Shown piece after piece: positions 53,953-64,000 of a DNA stretch of 64,000 nt. The notes under the pieces were generated by a model. The model saw only the letters and a list, made by a program, of their open reading frames with translations, had not been told where the DNA came from and made no database searches. Both the position numbers and the translations under genes were made by a program. The first letter of the stretch is position 1, and the number at the start of each line of letters is the position of its first letter. Source of the stretch: the human T2T-CHM13v2.0 reference genome, Homo sapiens; assembly GCF_009914755.1 (NCBI RefSeq), contig NC_060925.1. The stretch is one strand, 5' to 3'.

Positions 53953-56259
53953 GAAAGTTAGTGAGTTCTCATGATGTCTAGTCATTTAAAAGTATATAGC
54001 ACCTCCCATTCACTCTCAAGCTCCTGCTCTGGCCATGTGATATTCCTGCTTCTCCTTCACTTTCTGCCAAGATTGTAAATTCTCTGAGGGATCCCCAGAA
54101 GCTGAGAAGATGCCAGCATTATTCTCCCTGTATAGCCTGGAGAACTGTGAGCCAATTAAACCTATTTGCCCTACAAATTACCCAGTCTCAGGTTTTACTC
54201 TATAGTATTGTGAGAACAGACTAACACACTGAGAATGTGATACATATTAGAATATGTTTCATGTGTAGATAAGTAGAATGTATATTCTGTGGTTGTTGGG
54301 TGGAGTGTTCCCTAGATGTCTATTAGGTCCAACTGGTCAAGTGTCAAGTTTAAGTTGAGGGATTCTTTATTAGTTTTCTGCCTCCATGATCTGTCTAACA
54401 CTCTCTGTGGGGTGTTGACGTATCACACTGTTACTGTATAGTTGTCTAAGTCTTTCTGTATGCCAAGAGAAACTTGTTTTATGAATCTGGGTGCTCTAGT
54501 GTTAGGGGCATATATATTTAGGATAGTTAAGACTTGTTGGATTATACCCTTTATTATTATGCGGTGCCCTTCATTGTCCTTCTTAATTTTATTGTCTTAA
54601 AGTCTGCTTTATTAGTTATAAGAATAGCAACTCCCGCTCTTTTTTGTTTTCTATTTGCAATAATAGATCTTACTCCACCATTTTCGTGTGAGCCTGTGGG
54701 TGTAATTGCATGTGAGAGGGGTGTCTTGAACACAACATATGATTGGGTCTTTTTTTCTATCCTGCCACTCTCTGTCTTTTAAGTGAGGGGTTTAGCCCAT
54801 TTACATTCAAAGTTAATATTGGCATGTGTGAATTTGATCCTGTCATCGTGTTGTTAGCTGGATGTTATGTAGGATTGATCATGTGGTTGCTTTATAGTGC
54901 CTGTGGGCTATGTGTTTTAGTGTGCTTTTGTAGTAGAAGGTGTCATTCTTTTGATTCTGTGTTTAGCACTCCCTTAAGGTCCTTTTGTGAGGCTTGTCTA
55001 GTGGAAACGTATACCCTCAGCATTTGCTTGTTTGAGAAAGATTTTATTAATATTTCTCCTTCACTTATGAAGCTTATTTTGGCAGGATATGAAATGCTTT
55101 TTTGCAATTTCTTTTCTTTAAGGATGCTAAAAGTATGTCCCCAATCTCCTCTAACTTTTAAAATTTCCGCTCAGAGTTCTGCTGGTAGCCTCATACGGTA
55201 CCTTCTATTTAGCTGCCTTTAAGAATTTTTCTTCTTCATTGATCTTGGTGCATGTGATGACTGTGCTTTGAGGATGGTTGTGCTGTATATAATTTGGCTG
55301 GGGTTCTCTGTATTTCTTTGATTTGCATGCCAATCTCACTAGAGAGACTAGAGAAAATTTCATGGGTTATATCCTCAAATATATTTTCAAAGTTACTCTT
55401 TCTCCTACTCTCTCAGGAATGTCAATAAGTCATAGATTTGGTCACTTTACATAATCCCATATTTCTTAGAGGTTATGTTCCTTTTTCTTAAGTTGTTTTT
55501 TTTCTTTATTTTTATCTAAGTTGATTCAAAGACCTGGTCTTAAAGATTCTTTTCTCAGCTTGGTCTATTCTGCTATTAATACTTGGGATTGAATCATGAC
55601 ATTCCAGAGTGAATTTTTTAGCTCAGATATTTCAGTTTGTATCTTTTTTAAAAATGGCTATTCATGTTTCAACTCTTGAATCATTTTACTGAATTGCCTT
55701 GCTTCCTTAAATTGAGTTCCAACTTTCTCCTGAATCTTAAAGAACTTCCTTGCCATCCAGAATCTGAATTTTATGTCCTTCATTTCAGACTGGCTAAAAA
55801 CCATTGCTGGGGAGCTAGTGGGCTTGTTTGGAGGTAAGGAGACACTTTGGTTTTTTGAATTTCCAGAGTTCTTGTGCTTATTCTTTTCCATCTGGGAGGG
55901 TTTGTATTGCTTTAACTGTGGTGTAAATTGAATATAATCAGTTGGCTTCACTTCTGAAAGTTTTCAGATAGCTAAGCCTCTGTACAGGGTCTTTATTCAT
56001 TGTTGAATTCTTGACCTTGGTTTTGCAGAAGGTGGAATTAGTCAAGTGTTTTTGAGTGTTGTCATTTGAACTGTGATCCAGTAGATGGCATTTGAAAACA
56101 ATAGGCGATAGCTAGGCCCTTAGCTGCTTGGCTCTTTTGTGTCTCCTGGTGTTTGCAGCTGTGTTCCATGGTGCAAGGGGGAGACAGAAGACTCCTCGTC
56201 AAGTCCATTTCCGGGCATTGGGCAAGCTACTTGTGATCACTAGCACTGTGCCAACAATT

Positions 56260-56313
56260 TTGTTGTTGTTATTGTTGTTGTTGTTGTTGTTATTGTTGTT
56301 GTTGTTGTTGTTG
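56260..56313. repeat. (TTG)n microsatellite in the L1 5'UTR
   Basis: ttgttgttgttattgttgttg.. about 18 units. Confidence 0.95.
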
Positions 56314-57757
56314 CTAGGTGTTTCATGCCGTGGGACTCCCTTGGGAGGAGGTCCAATTAGGGAGATAGGTCACAGCATTTCTGGACCAGCTCTTTGGAAA
56401 GAGACATGCCTAGGTCCCAAACAAGCCTATGAACTTGTAAAAATAACCCTTCTCAGTGCATGGGGCTGTACCAGCTGCATGTTCTGGGCAGGCGGGAACA
56501 TTATTTGCTTTATTATCGCACCCCTGTCCCAGGCCTCATGACTTATTCAGTTTAGATAGAAACTGTCTTTTATCTTTAGGCTGCAATGCATTGAGGGCCA
56601 TGGAAAACACCTGCCCTGTGGCTACCACCAAACTGGCCTTGAGGCAGGACCCCTTTCCTCAGCTCAAAACAGACAGCTCTGTGGTTTGCCTGTATTCTAC
56701 TCAGGAATGCTGCTTCTCCATGCAGGGAGAGTTATTGGCCCCACCCTTCATGCAAGCCCAGGCCAGTGGGCCCACTGTCAGTGGAGGTGCAGCTGCTCCC
56801 AATAGTCCTGGAAAGGTTGTCTCTAGGCACACCAGTTCCAAGCTCCAGCAGGAACAGGGGTAGCTGCCTCCACTGTTGTAGATATGTACTCCTCTCTCCA
56901 GATATGCTCCCAGGCACCAGTGCCACCTGTCTGCTGGGACATAACCACATTCCTTCCCTACAGAACCTAGCACCACACCTGCATCTTCTCGAGGAAAGGC
57001 ACAGTAAACTTCTGCTCACTAGCAGGGAGCTCTTGGGCAGAGAAGAGTATGTGATCTGCTTTCCTTTGTCCCATGGGACACTTCAGTGCACTGCACTCTC
57101 CCTTCACCTAAAAGGAGCCCATCCTGAGAATCAGATATCTGGGAATCCTGTGGCTCCTCAGAGTCCCAGTGATTTGTGGTTGCTGCAGTCTGAGCAGGTT
57201 CTGGGGAATGTTTGCAGGGATCTAGTGATGCAGACACAAGGGCTGAGACTCCCTGGGCAGGATAAAGTTCCACAATGCTTGCACACCCAGTATGGCACTT
57301 GTGGCCTTGGCTCGGGCCTGGGTATTTTGTGAGTGAACCTGTGTAAACTGGACACATGGTGCTTTGTCCTCCAGAATTTCCCACATCACCTCCCACAAAA
57401 GTGCTTTAGCTTACAAGGGAAGAGGGCCTCTCCAACAGTTCTGCAGTCGGTAGTCTGCCACAGGGGCAAGGGGAGCAAAAATCACTCCCACCCCCCTTTC
57501 ACAAGGCTTCAAGCTCCCTGGGATTCAATCTCTGCAAAACTCTTGCTTCCTTGTATTTTGTGCCCCAGCTTCTTCCCGCAGATTCTCTGATAGGTTCTGG
57601 AATTCTTCCCTCAGTAGTCTACTTGGACCATGATTGTTCACTTGGAAGTTGGGTCTTTCTTAGAAGAACTGACCTCTGATGTCTCTAGTCAGCCGTCATT
57701 TCCCAGCTTCTGGGGTGTCCTCTCCATTCACTATTAATTTACATTTAGTTTGCTTCT

Positions 57758-58111
57758 TGTCTTTCTTTGTTTGAGATGCTATAACAAAAACATCATAAAC
57801 TGGGTGGCTTATAAACAACAGAAATTTATTTCTCACAGTTCTGGAGGCTGGGAAGTACAAGATCAAGATAGATTTATTGTCTGGTGAGAACCCATTTCCT
57901 AGACAGCAGTGTTTTTGTTATAATGTTACATGGCAGAAGGGGAAAGGGATCTCTCTGGGATCTTTTATAAAAGCATCACTCTCATGACCTTTTATAAAGG
58001 CTCCATCCTCATGATCTCATCACTTTCCAAAGGCCCCACCTCCCAATACCACTTAGGGGTTAGGATTTCCATGTATGAACTTTAGGGGACATGAATATTC
58101 AATTCACTGCA
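57758..58111 (-). mobile_element. MLT1A/MLT1A0 LTR
   Basis: aactgggtggcttataaacaacagaaatttatttctcacagttctggaggctgggaagt..ggggacatgaatattcaattcactgca; TSD-like cttct/tttct. Confidence 0.88.
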
Positions 58112-58340
58112 TTTCTACTTGGGGCCATTATAAATCATGCTGCTGTGAACATTTGTGTAAAAATCTGTGAACATATATTTTTATTTATCTTAAATACCTA
58201 AGAGTGAAATTGTTGGTTCATATGTGGTTATATATTCAACTTTGTAAGAATCTACCAAAATGATTTTCCAAGTATATGTATAATGTTATGGTCATCAGAA
58301 CTACATGATAGTTAGAGTTGGTTAACATACTCACTGCAAT
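58112..58340 (-). mobile_element. Old L1M fragment
   Basis: gccattataaatcatgctgctgtgaacatttgtg..aaatacctaagagtgaaattg. Confidence 0.7.
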
Positions 58341-58354
58341 GGATTGACTTTTCT

Positions 58355-58900
58355 GTGATTCAGCTATCCCACTCTTAGGCGTATACCCAAGAGAAACTCA
58401 TAATGTCCTTGTGTGCAGCTTGTATGCTAATGATTTTAGTAGTATTTTTTGTAATAGCCAAAAGGTGGAAACAATGAAAACTTTCATGAAATGATTAATG
58501 AATTAACAAAATATTATATATCTATATATTATCATTAATCAATGAAAAGAATGAAGTGGTATACAAGAAACAACACAGATAAACCTTGAAAGTATACTAA
58601 TTGAAAAAAGACACAAGACCACATATTGTATGATCACATTTCTATGAAATTTTTAAAATAAGCATATTCATACAGACCAACAGTTGACTACTGGTTGCCA
58701 GGGGTTTGAAATTTGAAGAGAACAGAAACTGCCTGTAATGGGTACAGGATTTCTATTCTGGAAGATAAAATATTCTAAAATTTTAGAGTTGCCAGAGTTG
58801 TACACCTCTGTGACTATCTTAAAAACCACTGAATTGTATGCTCTAAAAGAGTGTATTTTATGATACATTAATTATATCACAATAAATATTTTATAAAATT
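58355..58900 (+). mobile_element. L1MB-like 3' fragment
   Basis: cagctatcccactcttaggcgtatacccaagagaa..gtaatgggtacaggatttc..aaaaaccactgaattgta..tatatcacaataaa. Confidence 0.8.
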
Positions 58901-60167
58901 AAATGTTCAAATCTGAAAGCCAAATTAGATCTGTATTTATATGTATCCAGAAAATCAATTCATGAATATAAATCCTTATCCCATTTTGATATGCATAATT
59001 ATAGTATTACTAAGTTATAATCTGTTAGACAAAATATAATAACATGAGAAAATTATATCCTCTAACATTATAGAATAAACTTCAGTAACATGGCTTCTGA
59101 GGCTTCTTAAAATTCCATGACTACTTAAATTCTAGAATCTTGGTAATTCATTTTTTTTGCAATTTTTTTATTACTCAAATAAATTATTTTTTTTATTTTG
59201 CTATGCAAAATCAGTTTTTGTTATTTACAATGTAACTAATATCAAATTTTCTATAATGTATTTCTGACTTGCCTAGTCAACACTGCATGATATTTTCATC
59301 TATAGCTCCACAGTCATTGCCAATTTATCCCATAGCAATACCTCACAATTGCATGTCCCCTGCACAGAGAACTATAGTTGAGTAAGAACCATTTCAGTCC
59401 TCTACACCAAAGTCACACCAAAATGATCCATGTTTCGATACTCTTTCATGTTAACCATTACACTTCTAAGTACAAGATTTCTGCCCTGTGACAAGGTTGG
59501 AGTAAGTTTTCTGTATCAGTTATTTTCTGTGTCCAAATGTGATTCTCCTCAGATCATTGACTTCTTACCTTAGCTTAGAATCACAAGCTTATACATTTCT
59601 TTCTTTGTTTGGTAATTTTATATTAAGAGATTTGTTGTCCACCTTTAACATTGTGTCTAAATGGAGACCATCCAGTTCTAAGCCAACATTCAATCCCAGG
59701 ACACAGGATTTTGTATAGTACCTATATATTCTTTCTAGCTAAGACTGAATTTCCATGCAAATTAATCAGACCCCATCCCATGCCTTTAAATCTTTGCCAG
59801 TCAGAGATTTCAGGAAGTGGCAATCTTAAGACTGTGACATGAGAATGTATTGTGCCATAGTCTCTTAAGAATATTTAAGGGAACACTCTAAATTTACTTA
59901 AAGGATTCACACAGGTTAGCTTCTCTTGATTAAAACAAAGGATAAACAGGAACATGCAGGAATTCAGACTGTTTTCCTCTCCCGTTATTCTTAGAAACTT
60001 CATCCCTAGATGTATTTTGCTCATTGGGTTTTCCAAAATTATGTACTGCCATGTTTAACACTTTGATCTTAAATGAGAATAGACCAAAAGAAAATAAAAT
60101 CCTCAGTTATTTTCCACACTGCATGATCTTTTATTTCTGCTCTAAACTTCAGTTTATTGAATATTTT

Positions 60168-61048
<881 letters not shown>

Positions 61049-62534
61049 TCTTCACGGAATTTTTAACCAGAGTATTATTGCATCCTCCCATGTGGCTGGC
61101 ATTCCCTCTGGTACTAAATTGATTTATATTCCCCACCAATAGTTTTAACTACAATTTGTTAAATTGTAGTTACTGTAGCTCGGTGGTATAATTTGAAGTG
61201 CAATCGTTCATTCCGAGCTGGTTTTACCTTTACTGAAAATTGATTGGTTAAAAAAACACAAATATTATTGTTTTTATTTTAATATGCAATTACATTATAG
61301 ACGAAGCTGAACATTTTCCGTATGCTTTTACTGTTTTTAATTAAAGCAACTCTTTATTTAAAACCTACTATTCTTAGGGTTTATGCTAGGTGCCAGAAAT
61401 ATAAAATCATAAAAGCTACTTCTGACAGTTTATAGTTTTGTGAAAAATCTTTTGCATTTAAATGTAAGATAACCATATAATTAGGTAAAAAACATACCCC
61501 AGGCCTCTGTGCATTTACATTTACCAAAATTTTTCAACTTAACAAAAAATTACTAAATTTATAACCATTAAAATTCAAGATTCATATATAGATCAGACAT
61601 AATTTATAATTGTAAGAATTATTGCAAGCATAAATACTCATTTTTATGTTCCAAAGCTTGGACTATCTAATGGTAGTAAAATAATTATTACTGGTAAAAA
61701 AAGAGTGAATATTTGTGTTTAAAACCACTGACCTAGTTAATTCTAGATAACAAGTCAATTAAATCACAATCTACTGTTGTATAAATAAGGTATGAATGAT
61801 TGAAAGTATTTGCAGGCCTCTACTGATATATTGTTTGCTTATAAAGTCACAGAGAATATAAAAATCTTTATATTAATTAAACAATTAATACATTTTTAAT
61901 CAGATTTAAATGTAGGTACATGATCTACAAAAGGTAAGGTTAATTTCATTTAGTATGTGGCGTGTATGATTTCTATTAGTAGTAGCCTATGGTTTTGTTA
62001 TTTTAAATAAATTTGTGATAAAAATGCTAACACATTTTTTGCTGTGAGATAAAATACTAAGGAACACTTTGTTAAAAGTTTTAAAAAACTTGTTTTACAA
62101 ATGCACTTTTAAGGTTCCTTTCTGGTTTTGTTTTAAGTGAAACATCAATAATATGGTCATTTTCACATTTAAGATTCACATGGACTTTTTGCCCCTGACT
62201 TTACTGTAGAAAGTCAAAGGTGCTAGAAGGGTGACCCACACTTCCTGCTGTTACACTTGAGCCAATGGCAATTATTTCATTTTAAGTTTATAGGGCACCA
62301 GCATCTCAGTGTATATTTTGGCAGTTGAAACTTTGCCATTTAAAGGTTAGAATTTATTTTGAGAGGAAAACAGAGAAGCACTTCCATCTTATAAGACATT
62401 TTTTAACTTTCCAAAATATGTGAAAATAGCATTAAATCATAAAACTCTTCAATTTAATGTAACACACTTTATTTAATTGTTTTATTTAATAATGAACTTA
62501 ATAACCTAATAATCTATGTCCATTATCAAATACT

Positions 62535-62840
62535 GAATATAAAAGAAATGGGCAAAAAATAAGAACAGAAAACTTAGAGAAGAAACTCAAAATAATTATA
62601 TAATGAGATACTCAAAATTATTAGTAATCAGGAGAAAATGGAAACAAATACTGAGGTTTTATTTTATCTTTGTTGGGCTATCAACAATTCAAAAGCTGAC
62701 TAGGTATTTCTAAGGATATTGATATTTAGAATCATTCATGTACATCAACTAAGAGTGGTTTTTAGAAATCAATAACAAAAATGTGCTTTGAACTGAAGAA
62801 AATGACTAATTTGATTTTTGCTAACTTGATATCCAGAAAA
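62535..62840 (+). mobile_element. Very old L1ME-like fragment
   Basis: aaatgggcaaaa..gagatactcaaaattattagtaatcaggagaaaatg. Confidence 0.5.
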
Positions 62841-63482
62841 AAAGGTAAAAGAAGAAAAGTAAAGCTAGTTAATTAGGAAATATACAATTATAAAGAAGGC
62901 ATTATAGAACAAGATCTTACTACTCAAATAAATTTAAAACAAAAACTTTCAGTTAATTTATTTTCAACATGTGTTTTTGGCATCTCTATACATATCTTTC
63001 TATCTATATCTATGTCTATACCTACACTGACATCTATATCTGTGTCATGTTTTATCTATATTATATATCAGTATATTTTTTAACTTCACATATAGATTAT
63101 CTATATATCCATGCCGGTCAAGATAGTGTTCTTCCATATTGTAATAGATTTAATTAGTTTCCTTTTGTTGATTGGTAGGTTGCACTGGTAATATATGAGA
63201 GAACAGGCAGTCAACAATTTTGGTGGTTTCAGTGAGATCCAATAATAAAATCTTTGCCATCACTCAGAAACAGATTAGTCCCCTCAAGAACTTGGATTGC
63301 AGTGTTGAGGATACTCTCAAACAATAGATCTGAACTCTGATTTCTTTACATTAAGCTCCCAAATGTTGAGTATGTTTTGTTTCCCACAAATTAGAAACCT
63401 CCTTTAGGAATTCATTATTGCCTGATTAGATTTGAAAAGATATATCTTTGATGAAGGGCTACTTCATTACTAAAACTACTGC

Positions 63483-63850
63483 TGTGATCACACCAGAAGG
63501 GCAGGATGGACCCCCATGCAAAATTTGGTTAAGATGTTGAGATTGAATATGACACACACAAGGTGATATCAAAGGTGTATTACTTAATGAGAATTTCCAG
63601 AAAGAAAATGTCAGGTCTCCCAGGCTGCTCCATAAGTTGCTTGAGGGATCAGAGAAAGGAGACTGGCTTGGATTTTTTAATGTGGATAGATATGGGGTTG
63701 AGGGATAGGTAACGGCTTGTGGGGCTTAAATCTCCCAATGGTGCCTAAGATGGGCACACACAGGGAGAAGAGAAAGAGAGGAGTGAGGCTTAAAAGCTGT
63801 CAGCAGTTAAAGATCAAAATATGAAGTTGTACTCCTTATTACCACTAATG
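63483..63850 (-). mobile_element. Old ERVL-type LTR (LTR53/MER54/MER74 group; exact family uncertain)
   Basis: aaaatttggttaagatgttgagattga..cacacacaagg..aaaggagactggcttggatttttt resembles remembered ERVL LTR antisense motifs. Confidence 0.5.
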
Positions 63851-64000
63851 GTTATTTCTCTATCTGTACTTTTCCTTTTTTTGTGCTTCTAAATTGAAGT
63901 CCCTAAGGAAATGGACAAGTGTAGTGTCAGATATGACATCTCTTGAACCTGCCATAATTGGGAAATCTATTCCAAAACTTATGGAAAGAGTCAGGAGGCT

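Larger units (their letters stand above)
47771..54228 (+). mobile_element. Complete MST (MSTB-like) MaLR provirus: 5'LTR 47771-48196, internal region to ~51539, 3'LTR 51540-51694 + 53958-54228
   Basis: Two homologous LTRs starting tgatata..; internal aagatacctgaaaacgtggaagcagctttggaact; polypurine tract ggagggtcaaggggcagaa before the 3'LTR; TSD ccaag/ctgag. Confidence 0.92.
44372..57710 (-). mobile_element. Full-length decayed L1PA16-like element, split by an MST provirus (L1 portions 44372-47770 and 54229-57710)
   Basis: 3'UTR at 44.4 kb (gattctgaggtttggtgtatgaat); ORF2 remnants ([42 protein letters not shown], 46348-46581); ORF1 start region 55658-55951; GC-richer 5'UTR 56-57.7 kb ending ctagtcagccgtcatt (antisense of an L1 5' start). 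Confidence 0.88.

Noticed and set aside
56128-57590. Poly-Leu 'membrane' ORF and 188-aa ORF
   Set aside because: Poly-Leu comes from a (TTG)n microsatellite; the ORFs lie antisense in an old L1 5'UTR with non-ATG starts and no homology I recognise

Overview
AT-rich, CpG-poor, repeat-dense human genomic DNA; the AluYa5 at 33.1 kb is a human-specific subfamily. It looks like a gene desert or the intron of a large gene. No recognisable intact protein-coding gene, RNA gene or prokaryotic-type system is present, and nearly all ORFs in the track are decayed L1 ORF1/ORF2, MaLR or Alu sequence. Contents: (i) a near-full-length old primate L1 on + (1135-8471, TSD agtaggaatc) with a younger L1PA2/3 3' fragment nested in it; (ii) a chain of L1MA/L1MC/L1PB pieces (10.6-20.9 kb); (iii) an ancient MLT1 LTR-int-LTR remnant with nested MST, MLT1B and Alus (24.4-28.3 kb); (iv) nine Alus, a MADE1 and a solo THE1 LTR; (v) a multi-level nest at 43.5-58.3 kb, where a full-length minus-strand L1PA16-like element contains a complete MST provirus, which in turn contains an L1PA fragment and a complete THE1 provirus. 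I found no convincing new biological system. The most interesting signals are a CpG-retaining Alu plus flank at ~29.0-29.9 kb (possible germline-hypomethylated site), several inverted or patchwork templated-insertion scars, a THE1 provirus with discordant LTRs, and a candidate + strand exon with strong splice sites at 8784-8889. Subfamily names come from remembered consensus motifs, and boundaries without TSDs are approximate.
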